Shown here one piece after another: positions 1-7,259 of a stretch of DNA of 46,054 nucleotides. The number at the start of each line of letters is the position of its first letter. Positions within the stretch are counted from its first letter, which is position 1. The notes below the pieces were generated by a model. The model saw nothing but the letters and a program-made list of their open reading frames with translations. It ran no database searches and had not been told where the DNA came from. Made by a program: the position numbers and the translations under genes. The DNA is from an uncultured Micavibrio sp. (GTDB lineage: Bacteria; Pseudomonadota; Alphaproteobacteria; Micavibrionales; Micavibrionaceae). Where the stretch lies: contig CAZUYV010000001.1 in the NCBI GenBank assembly GCA_964624435.1, positions 1-46,054 on the forward strand, in the 5' to 3' direction.

Positions 1-55
1 CAAAAGCCGGCTGAATACGATTTTCACGAATATTTTTAAGCACCGGTGCAGTCTT
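1..55. repeat. Terminal overlap copy 1 (identical to 46000..46054)
   Basis: Exact 55/55 match of first and last 55 nt. Confidence 0.95.
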
Positions 56-571
56 CTCTAAGAGGTTGTAACCGGCTTTAATGGGTTTTGCAACCATGCC
101 TGCGCTACTTTTCACCCCTCTGGCAAGCACCCCTCCGGGGATATAGGTAAGCGGATCAGTTGCAATATCCAGACCGAGCCCGAGAGCAAACTTTCCGACT
201 TTGTTATTGACTCCGAAATCCTCAGCTAAATCGGCGCCAGTTACCTTCTCTTGACCGCTGAAACCTTTCCAAGCTGCTTCTCCGAGGTTTTCGGTCTTGT
301 CCATGATATTCTTATCAATAACATTCTTTACAGCGTTGCCTGGTCTTCCTAAGAGCTCTAATGTGTCGAAAAACCAGTTTTGTTTTTGTGGTAGATTGGT
401 TGCTTTCTCGAACCAGTTGCGCTTATCGGCATCCGCTTTTTCATAACCGGCATCCTGAATCCGTTGATCCGCATTTGCAATTTGCCTATTCACGCTCTCC
501 GTATCATACGGATTTTCTGCCGAGAATAGGCCTTTTCCTTTGCGTTTAACATTCTTATCAAATAGGCCCAT
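1..571 (-). CDS. 5' part (N-terminal ~190 codons) of a 1044-aa virion/ejection-type protein that wraps the contig junction
   Basis: ATG 571..569 behind AAAGGGGTGA SD; hand translation MGLFDKNVKRKGKGLFSAENPYDTESVNRQ... has no stop down to base 1 and is in frame (528 nt) with ORF 43436..46042 through the overlap. Confidence 0.8.
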   Translation of the reverse strand, partial: MGLFDKNVKRKGKGLFSAENPYDTESVNRQIANADQRIQDAGYEKADADKRNWFEKATNLPQKQNWFFDTLELLGRPGNAVKNVIDKNIMDKTENLGEAAWKGFSGQEKVTGADLAEDFGVNNKVGKFALGLGLDIATDPLTYIPGGVLARGVKSSAGMVAKPIKAGYNLLEKTAPVLKNIRENRIQPAF

Positions 572-582
572 GAGTCACCCCT

Positions 583-1998
583 TTATGGCATAATCTTCTG
601 ACTCTTGAAGAAATCTATCCAATAGTTGTAATTGTCCTTAAGCGTTCCGGGTATGCTCTTAATTAAATCGCCCGTATCCTTTAATCGCTCGCTTGGGGAT
701 TCGGTGCTAAATAAGAAGTTCCCGCTGCCTGTTCCGCTTGATGGTGTAGACACAGGCTTCTTATTTGTCAGGTATGACTCTACTGCTTTCGCCTCTTCTG
801 TTGACCAACCTTGTTGAGTTTTCAAACCGGCAACGAACATTTTTATTTCCTCCGGTTTTGCCTTTGCGGGATTTATGCCGGCTTGCTTCGCTAAAGTCTC
901 GACCTGGAGCAAATCATATTCATCGATAGGCGTAGGTTGTTCAGTTTTACCGTTTAGGTTATCGATCTGAGCTTGCTTATAACGATTGTCCAATGAATTC
1001 GGGTCATTCGCTGCTTCTCTGTCCAATTGTCTTTGGGCCTGATCTGCTACAAACTCTTGCTGACGTTGATTCAAATTGGCCCATTGAAGACCTTGCGATG
1101 CTGCGAATTGTTCGCCGGCCCTGTTGTATTCTTGGAACCATTGTTGATCACCAACACTAGCGCGTTCAGCCCTAAATTTCTTTTCTTCTTGAAGATTCGT
1201 TTGCGCAAGCTTATCCTGCTCCTTCTTATACGCAAACTCGTCAGTGTATCTCGAATTCTCAATCGAATCCTGACCTCTTTGATAGTTGGTTTCGTCCAGA
1301 TTAGTCGCATATTCCTGAGCCTTGTCTGAGCGATTCGTGAAGTAATCCAGGATATCCCCGGAACGGTTCAGGCTATTTTCATTTCTTGTATCGTACAAAC
1401 CTTGCTGACCACTCAGCGCAGTGAGTAAGCTCATTAGCCCCTGTGTCTTTCTCTCTTCCTCCGCTTGTAGTTGCTGTTGAATCTGCGGAACGAGTTGTGT
1501 TTGCAGGTATTGATTCGCATCGTTTTGAATCCGTTGGGCCCTGTCTGTGACGATGCTAGAACGGGCGAGGCCCGAGCCTCCAAGTGACTCCTGAGCGCTC
1601 CGTATACCTTGGTCCGCACCTTGTTGTACCTGCGCTTGCGCAGCTGTGAATTGCGGCGTTCCGTAAGGGTCAACGCTAACGGGATTAGTGGTCCGTTGTG
1701 TAATTTGGGCGAGAACGTCCTGCACCCTTTGATCGATTGGATTTACATAAGGTTCAGGATTCAGAAAATTGGTTTCCGCCGTCTTTTGTTTGCTCGCAGC
1801 ATCGTATGCTCCATAGTCCGCACCGAATTGCGTCGGGCTCGTGTAAGCTGTATCATTTTGGTTTTTATATGCTTTGATAGCTTTTTGTCCGTCTATCGTT
1901 ACATATTGGGTTGGAACATCGAATCCGATCCGTTCGTTAGAAATATTTCTTTCATTCAACGCCTTGCGTATACCCATTGTGTATAAGTCTTCTGCCAT
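583..1998 (-). CDS. Gln-rich 471-aa virion protein (putative internal/ejection or tail-associated protein)
   Basis: Long ORF with SD AAAGGAGCAACC before ATG 1998; low-complexity Q/N-rich coiled regions; sits between the tail genes and the 1044-aa protein. Confidence 0.6.
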   Translation of the reverse strand: MAEDLYTMGIRKALNERNISNERIGFDVPTQYVTIDGQKAIKAYKNQNDTAYTSPTQFGADYGAYDAASKQKTAETNFLNPEPYVNPIDQRVQDVLAQITQRTTNPVSVDPYGTPQFTAAQAQVQQGADQGIRSAQESLGGSGLARSSIVTDRAQRIQNDANQYLQTQLVPQIQQQLQAEEERKTQGLMSLLTALSGQQGLYDTRNENSLNRSGDILDYFTNRSDKAQEYATNLDETNYQRGQDSIENSRYTDEFAYKKEQDKLAQTNLQEEKKFRAERASVGDQQWFQEYNRAGEQFAASQGLQWANLNQRQQEFVADQAQRQLDREAANDPNSLDNRYKQAQIDNLNGKTEQPTPIDEYDLLQVETLAKQAGINPAKAKPEEIKMFVAGLKTQQGWSTEEAKAVESYLTNKKPVSTPSSGTGSGNFLFSTESPSERLKDTGDLIKSIPGTLKDNYNYWIDFFKSQKIMP

Positions 1999-2019
1999 TT
2001 GGTTGCTCCTTTCTGAATG

Positions 2020-2049
2020 AAAAAGAGCCTACCAATGGCAGACCCTTTT
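2020..2049 (-). terminator. Leftward-specific intrinsic terminator
   Basis: On the minus strand GGGUCUGCC-AUU-GGUAGGCUC (9 bp with 3 G-U pairs) followed by UUUUUC; on the plus strand the same pairs become A-C mismatches. Confidence 0.45.
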
Positions 2050-2115
2050 ATGCTATATTAGTAATTAGTGGAAACGGTGGACTTGCTCATGGTGTGCCTC
2101 GAAAGGAGGGATGCT

Positions 2116-2226
2116 ATGAGCCTTGTTGAATCGATTATTAAGTTACTTACTGCCATCATACTTTTGTATAATGCCGTAAAACCTCTTTTTAAACGACAAG
2201 ACAGAGAAAAACCACCGAAAGTTTAG
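2116..2226 (+). CDS. 36-aa hydrophobic peptide with basic tail, type I toxin-like
   Basis: AAAGGAGGG SD 5-6 nt before ATG 2116; MSLVESIIKLLTAIILLYNAVKPLFKRQDREKPPKV; upstream extended -10 TGCTATATT (2052..2060); stop codon sits inside the terminator loop. Confidence 0.5.
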   Translation: MSLVESIIKLLTAIILLYNAVKPLFKRQDREKPPKV

Positions 2227-2246
2227 CAGCCATTGGTGGTTTTTTC
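2207..2246. terminator. Bidirectional intrinsic terminator
   Basis: AAAAACCACC(GA) ... (TT)GGTGGTTTTTT: stem flanked by an A-run and a T-run, so it is usable on both strands. Confidence 0.6.
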
Positions 2247-2303
2247 TGGGGTCCATCTCATTGATTATTCCGGTACATCATAGGTGTCCACTGTTTTCAT
2301 CGT

Positions 2304-2334
2304 CACGGGTGCGCTAACGCCCGTGATTCTTTTT
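2304..2334 (+). terminator. Intrinsic terminator (rightward)
   Basis: CACGGG(U)GCG-CUAA-CGCCCGUG followed by AUUCUUUUU. Confidence 0.6.
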
Positions 2335-2398
2335 GTAATCAAATGCAGATTCTTTTATGAATCTATAATACATCTTTTTAAAGCACGGTGCAATGGAT

Positions 2399-2490
2399 CC
2401 ATTACATTTTTGTAGATATTCCATTTTGGGGACGCTCCATTTTTTATTAATTGGGTCAACCCCATTTTGGAACAGACTCCATTCAAAAGT
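2399..2490. repeat. Five CCATT motifs, including an imperfect ~42-bp tandem duplication
   Basis: CCATT at 2399, 2421, 2437, 2462, 2479; unit 1 CCATTTTGGGGACGCTCCATTTTTTA, unit 2 CCATTTTGGAACAGACTCCATTCAAAA. Confidence 0.6.
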
Positions 2491-2590
2491 AAAGAGCCTT
2501 CCGCACGGAAAGCCCTCGTTAATATTTTCCTTTTCTGATAGAATATAAATTGTCGAATTTTGTATCTAACAGCGAAAGGAGGAGAGGAAA

Positions 2591-2854
2591 ATGAATATTT
2601 ATATCATTACTTATGATCTAAACAACGAAGGAAAGGACTACACTCACTTAATTAAAGAAATCAAATCACTCGGAATTTGGGCGAAGCCGTTAAAGTCAGC
2701 ATTCATTGTAAAGACATCGCTAACGACCACCCAAATATCACAACGTTTAAACCCCAAAATAGACGGGGATGACGGGCTATTTATTTGCCAACTGGTGAAG
2801 AATGCCACTGGTCAAATGACAAAGGAATTTTGGGCTTGGTTTAATGCGCTATAA
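2591..2854 (+). CDS. 87-aa hypothetical protein, Cas2/VapD-like ferredoxin-fold pattern (weak)
   Basis: AAAGGAGGAGAGG SD; own extended -10 TGATAGAAT (2536..2544); MNIYIITYDLNNEGKDYTHLIKEIKSLGIWAKPLKSAFIVKT... follows a beta-alpha-beta-beta pattern. Confidence 0.55.
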   Translation: MNIYIITYDLNNEGKDYTHLIKEIKSLGIWAKPLKSAFIVKTSLTTTQISQRLNPKIDGDDGLFICQLVKNATGQMTKEFWAWFNAL

Positions 2855-3045
2855 GTTTCAAACGACATGGGACGATTATCTACCAAATACTTAACCGCCC
2901 GTTCTTTTTCGGAGCTGTTCAACTCTGGCAGCTCCACATTTTTTTCATATAAGGGTGTATTGCAGAACCTACAAAGTCCGTTTAATTCTGAATCGAACCG
3001 TGGCGTTTCACAGTGTTGACAAAATGTTGTTTTTATTGTTAGCAT
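2812..3045 (-). CDS. 77-aa zinc-ribbon protein
   Basis: CQHC...CRFC motif; AAGGAGGAATTGAA SD; its 3' end overlaps the convergent ORF 2591..2854 by 43 nt. Confidence 0.6.
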   Translation of the reverse strand: MLTIKTTFCQHCETPRFDSELNGLCRFCNTPLYEKNVELPELNSSEKERAVKYLVDNRPMSFETYSALNQAQNSFVI

Positions 3046-3139
3046 TTCAATTCCTCCTTATGGTGTTAATGCGGATTAAATATTTGTTAATGAATGTCGA
3101 TAAAGAATATAGCAACTATTAAAAGATTAGAGGTGAATC

Positions 3140-3385
3140 ATGGATAAAAAAGAATACGGTGAAGAGGATACTCTAAAGTCAAACAAGTACGGCGTTTTAA
3201 TATTCCTTTTTATCTTCTTCTTGGTGTGGTTTCTAATCTCCAAGAAATCCAACAACGAACCAACTACATACGTACCGAAAAGTAATCCGTCCAAAGCACA
3301 AGTAGAAAAATGGAATAAAGAATATTACGAAAACGGAGATGCTGATCCTGACGCCGATATCAGCCAACAATATGGCGGTAGATAA
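3140..3385 (+). CDS. 81-aa single-pass membrane protein
   Basis: AGAGGTGA SD; hydrophobic segment VLIFLFIFFLVWFLI; acidic C-terminus. Confidence 0.55.
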   Translation: MDKKEYGEEDTLKSNKYGVLIFLFIFFLVWFLISKKSNNEPTTYVPKSNPSKAQVEKWNKEYYENGDADPDADISQQYGGR

Positions 3386-3386
3386 G

Positions 3387-3866
3387 TCACTGACTTAATG
3401 CCGCTTTTTGTTGTTCGGCAGCTTTCAAAAACTCTTCATACTTGACAATAGCCTCTTCATATTTTCCGATTGTGAAAGTGTCAATTGGATCGCCTTTTTT
3501 TAAGTGTTCAATAGCATCTTTGTACATGCCAATGGATTTTTTTAATGAAGCTATCTTTTCATCAAAATACTCCGAAGTGTAGACCACTTTAGTTTCCGTT
3601 GGATTTACCTCCTTTTTGTTCATAGCAATACCGAAATAAGGATCGAACGAAACCTCGTACCCAATCCTCTCAGCCAAAACGCGGTTAGGTAAGTAACTTG
3701 TACCGTTGATGACAACGGCAAATTTTTCGAGCTGTTCTCCATCAACCAATACGGGATACTCCCCCTGTATTTTCGCTCCAATAAGACTCTTGAAATCGTC
3801 TGCAAAAGCGCTGGAAGCAATCGTCAATGCAACTCCGATCAACATTCCTACCAAATACTTACGCAT
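3387..3866 (-). CDS. Secreted protein with a copper-amine-oxidase-N-terminal-like (stalk) domain
   Basis: The ORF extends to 3908, but MRKYLVGMLIGVALTIASSAFA (signal peptide) starts at 3866 behind GGTGGGA; the segment VLVDGEQLEKFAVVINGTSYLPNRVLAERIGYEVSFDP resembles a stalk domain. Confidence 0.55.
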   Translation of the reverse strand: MRKYLVGMLIGVALTIASSAFADDFKSLIGAKIQGEYPVLVDGEQLEKFAVVINGTSYLPNRVLAERIGYEVSFDPYFGIAMNKKEVNPTETKVVYTSEYFDEKIASLKKSIGMYKDAIEHLKKGDPIDTFTIGKYEEAIVKYEEFLKAAEQQKAALSQ

Positions 3867-3907
3867 AATATCCCACCATTCGAGGTTTTTACGCGTATTA
3901 TACCACA

Positions 3908-4456
3908 TTATGCCAAAAGAATGGTGTTTGCATAAACATGTTTACCTGCTCCTGTAACTGTGTTTAAGTTAATATCTCCAGCGGCGGAATCTATTGTTAT
4001 GTTTCCTGCTCCAGTGATCACAATGTCGCCAAGGCCGACGTCAATTTCCAAGACTCCGCCAATAACAGATATCACTGCGCTTGATAAAAATATTTTTCTG
4101 TCGAAAGATCCAAAACCAAGTATCAAATTATTCCCAATCGTTACATCCTGAGTAATGTTAATATTCGCCCCATTAATCGTAACCGCATTAATCACGCCGG
4201 CCGTGATTGTGCCGAGGTCAGCTGCAATAGCAGAAAGCTGGCTCACACTCATTTTATCAGCCGTAATCGTATTCGCCATGATCTGCAATGCAGTAATAGA
4301 GCCGGCAATGATCACTTTTGCATCCAGGCGATTGATATTCAACGTGTCCAGGTTCTCAAGCATGAAATTTAAATCTCGTATCAACTTAACGATGTAATCC
4401 TGAATCTCTTTTGTGCTCGGGTTTCCTCCAAGCGGTCTAAACGTGGGTGTTGGCAT
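3908..4456 (-). CDS. Tail fiber/needle-like protein (182 aa)
   Basis: Repetitive I/V/G/N/T-rich beta-type sequence (ITAGVINAVTINGANINITQDVTIGNN...); lies in the tail module. Confidence 0.5.
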   Translation of the reverse strand: MPTPTFRPLGGNPSTKEIQDYIVKLIRDLNFMLENLDTLNINRLDAKVIIAGSITALQIMANTITADKMSVSQLSAIAADLGTITAGVINAVTINGANINITQDVTIGNNLILGFGSFDRKIFLSSAVISVIGGVLEIDVGLGDIVITGAGNITIDSAAGDINLNTVTGAGKHVYANTILLA

Positions 4457-4465
4457 ATTTACCTC

Positions 4466-5869
4466 CTAATGTTGGGTATTCATGACTCTATACATACGCT
4501 GGGTTTGATAGAGGATAACCGGTCCCGTTCCTGACAGCCTGTAACGCATCCAGAAGGCCAGTGGAGTCGTGTCCAATGGAATGATCATGTTCCGGTTCTG
4601 CGCCTCTGAGGCTGCCGTTGTGGGATCGTAATCAATCGTTTCGAAGTTCTCGCCACGGTCCGTTGTGGAAATGCTCGCTGTCAATGTCGTACCGGTTGGA
4701 AAGTATCCTTGTGTATGGAGCTCCTTATACATCTTTTCAGCTTCTCCTATGCCTTCATCGAATGGCCTTGAAGTGATTTCCCAAGCTTGAGAAGGGCCGG
4801 TTGCCGAATCATTGAATGTATAGGTTTGTCCGGCAGAATCCCCCACATAAGCCACGTTATTGATTCTCGTAGCATACCGGTAGTTTTCGTTTTCGCCCGG
4901 GACGCGCCAAATACTGTAACGCGGATCGTAGACCAGCCGGATATTGGGCTCTGTGTTGGCGCCGGTCACAAGGCACAGGTAATACCGGATGCCGTCTGTA
5001 ATCGCACAGCACTTGCTTAAATGGGTTTGGTTGATGTTGTCCAGGTAATACCGGATATTCTCGCCAATGGGCTCAGGTGAACCGCCACGGAAAGCATAGA
5101 CATCATTCTGACCCAACCAAAACAGTGTATCTCCGACCTCTTGAATGGTTTTAAAGGATACGCAGCCGATATCATTGGAGATTTCAGCTAATCTAAAATT
5201 GAAATAGTCCGTTCCTTGTATGAGGGCCATGCTGTCCTTTTTCCAAATGTACTTGTCAGAATAAAAGTTCCGCAAAGCTGTGATATTGCCGCCTGTACTC
5301 GTGTAATACTCAATAAATCCCGAATCCTCCGCAGAACTCCAGTCCTCCCCGTCCAAATAGGCTGAAAAATACAGAATGTCATCCTTTGCAATCCACAATC
5401 GGACTGTATCGTTGCAAATGTAACTTCCAACCGGTGGCGTCCCGCCTAAATTGGCTAATACAGTGCCGTTCCAGAACTTCGCCACATCCGTTCCATTGAC
5501 CATCACAAGCGCCTGAGCGCCGTCTACCTCGAACATGGTCGAGTCCCATGACGTATTTGTAAACGTACCTGAAATGGCTGCCCACGTGGTTCCCGTGCTG
5601 TTGTATTGCAGTGCAGTTCCAACTGAGCGAACTAAATGGGTATTATTGAAGTTGGCTAAAAGGTTTGTAACAGCCGCTCCGCTCGTTCCGTATACGCTGG
5701 ATGATTTGGCGCTGGATATAAACGGGTGATTGTCCGTATCAAAACCCACTTCATCGATACTTTGATTTTTGTTGATGCCTAAAGGGTCGATGCCGGTATT
5801 AATGCCGCCACTGAAATTATTTTCGCCTCGCAGCTTGTCGTTACTTGGATTTTTATAGATCGCCCCCAT
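4466..5869 (-). CDS. Tail structural protein (467 aa)
   Basis: Long ORF with GGGGGTTATC SD in the tail module; no family recognised. Confidence 0.5.
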   Translation of the reverse strand: MGAIYKNPSNDKLRGENNFSGGINTGIDPLGINKNQSIDEVGFDTDNHPFISSAKSSSVYGTSGAAVTNLLANFNNTHLVRSVGTALQYNSTGTTWAAISGTFTNTSWDSTMFEVDGAQALVMVNGTDVAKFWNGTVLANLGGTPPVGSYICNDTVRLWIAKDDILYFSAYLDGEDWSSAEDSGFIEYYTSTGGNITALRNFYSDKYIWKKDSMALIQGTDYFNFRLAEISNDIGCVSFKTIQEVGDTLFWLGQNDVYAFRGGSPEPIGENIRYYLDNINQTHLSKCCAITDGIRYYLCLVTGANTEPNIRLVYDPRYSIWRVPGENENYRYATRINNVAYVGDSAGQTYTFNDSATGPSQAWEITSRPFDEGIGEAEKMYKELHTQGYFPTGTTLTASISTTDRGENFETIDYDPTTAASEAQNRNMIIPLDTTPLAFWMRYRLSGTGPVILYQTQRMYRVMNTQH

Positions 5870-5878
5870 GATAACCCC

Positions 5879-6568
5879 CTATGTGACCTCTGGTATTAAA
5901 TCAGATAAGTAACGACCTCTACGTCCGTAGTTTCTTCGTTGCGGCAATACATTCTTCGTTTTGATGTACTCCGGTAAAACCTCTTTGAACTGATCCATAT
6001 ACTCTCGCATGAGAATGTTGAAGTCGGCTGCAAAATTGTTTTTATCCGTTATTTCACCACGAGCTCTTGCGATTCTTTCGAGAACTCCCAGTTCAAGAAG
6101 CTCATGAAAATCAACTTCTAAGTCTGGCGTTGCCGCCAATCCGGCATCCGTTGAACTCAGTGCAGTCGGCTTTTTATTGTAAATAACGTAAACATTCTTG
6201 CCTTCTGTTTCATCTGTGGGAATGGGGTTAATAAATATGTTCTCATTACCTTGAATGGAGTAGAATTGAAGGAGCTCACTCACAATTTCATTGCTGCTGA
6301 CATTTTTGAAGTTGAGTGTTACATATTTTTCTGAATCTGCTTTCGTTTCAATTGTGACCTCTTTAACGCCTTTAGGATCGCAATCGCTTGGCAGTGGATA
6401 AAAAGCATACCCCGAAACCGTAGTAAATACATACGGCGGCGCCTCATGCTTCACCTTTTGGAATATTTGCCTCTGGACTGTGTCCATCCAATCGACTTTT
6501 TGCGAAGGTGTATAGGAATTTCTGTATTGCAGGTCAACTTTTGTGAGTATTTGTTGAACTGTGGACAC
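5879..6568 (-). CDS. Structural protein (adaptor/tail-associated), probable GTG start
   Basis: The ORF runs to ATG 6616, but GTG 6568 has SD AAGGGGTGA and reduces the overlap with the protease gene to 35 nt. Confidence 0.5.
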   Translation of the reverse strand: MSTVQQILTKVDLQYRNSYTPSQKVDWMDTVQRQIFQKVKHEAPPYVFTTVSGYAFYPLPSDCDPKGVKEVTIETKADSEKYVTLNFKNVSSNEIVSELLQFYSIQGNENIFINPIPTDETEGKNVYVIYNKKPTALSSTDAGLAATPDLEVDFHELLELGVLERIARARGEITDKNNFAADFNILMREYMDQFKEVLPEYIKTKNVLPQRRNYGRRGRYLSDLIPEVT

Positions 6569-7259
6569 TATAATCACCCCTTGCTTCGTATAGAAAATAA
6601 CTGATTGCGGGTACATCGATAGCGATACTTATTTTAGGCGTTGCGCCTGATGTCGCCCGATTCATGCCAACAAGTTCGCCGTTTAGGTTTACCACCGGAC
6701 CGCCCGAACTACCGTCATCAATCGATGCATCGTGCAAAAGTCTACCCTCTTCCAGAAGCCCCACAATGCCTTTAGAAGCGAAGAACTCGTAATACATCGG
6801 ATCACCCATGGATAGGACGGATTGCCCAACCTTTACTGACTGAGCAAGCGGAATAGGCTTTCCGGAGCATTCTGTCTTTAGTAGTGCTAAGTCAGCATCG
6901 GATTTAGCGAAAATGACGTCAGCCAGGCATTGTTTACCGCCGTGCTGTTTGATCAATACAGCCTTTGCGTTTTTAACAACATGTTGATTGGTGATTAATT
7001 CATGATCACTGATATAGAAACCTGAACCCCCTCCCTGCCAGACCGTGATAATGACGGTTGATTGCAACAGGGATTCAACGGCTTGGATCGTTTTGGCTTC
7101 CTCGTCCAGGTAATCCGCAGTTGTCGATTGAGAGAAAAGAAAAAGGACTATACCAATGATGGCAAGTCCCTTCAATTTTCTATGATGATACCAATATCGC
7201 GGGGATCGTTTATCCGGCGTCCAATGTAAAACGCGCATCATCCAGTGAAATAGTTTCAT
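6534..7259 (-). CDS. Membrane-anchored trypsin-like (S1/HtrA-type) serine protease
   Basis: N-terminal anchor LAIIGIVLFLF; catalytic-triad contexts TNQHVV, SDADLALL and DDGSSGGPV. Confidence 0.75.
   Translation of the reverse strand: MKLFHWMMRVLHWTPDKRSPRYWYHHRKLKGLAIIGIVLFLFSQSTTADYLDEEAKTIQAVESLLQSTVIITVWQGGGSGFYISDHELITNQHVVKNAKAVLIKQHGGKQCLADVIFAKSDADLALLKTECSGKPIPLAQSVKVGQSVLSMGDPMYYEFFASKGIVGLLEEGRLLHDASIDDGSSGGPVVNLNGELVGMNRATSGATPKISIAIDVPAISYFLYEARGDYSVHSSTNTHKS

Larger units (their letters stand above)
2205..2358 (-). ncRNA. Candidate antisense RNA convergent with the toxin-like ORF
   Basis: Minus-strand promoter TTGCAC (2393..2388) -17- TATTAT (2370..2365); the transcript would end at the bidirectional terminator overlapping the 3' end of ORF 2116..2226. 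Confidence 0.3.

Noticed and set aside
1-55. 55-bp direct terminal repeat as a biological phage end (DTR or cos)
   Set aside because: The exact 55-nt length matches a typical assembler k-mer overlap, and a large ORF reads straight through it. It is treated as a circularisation artefact, although sequence alone cannot exclude a true short DTR.
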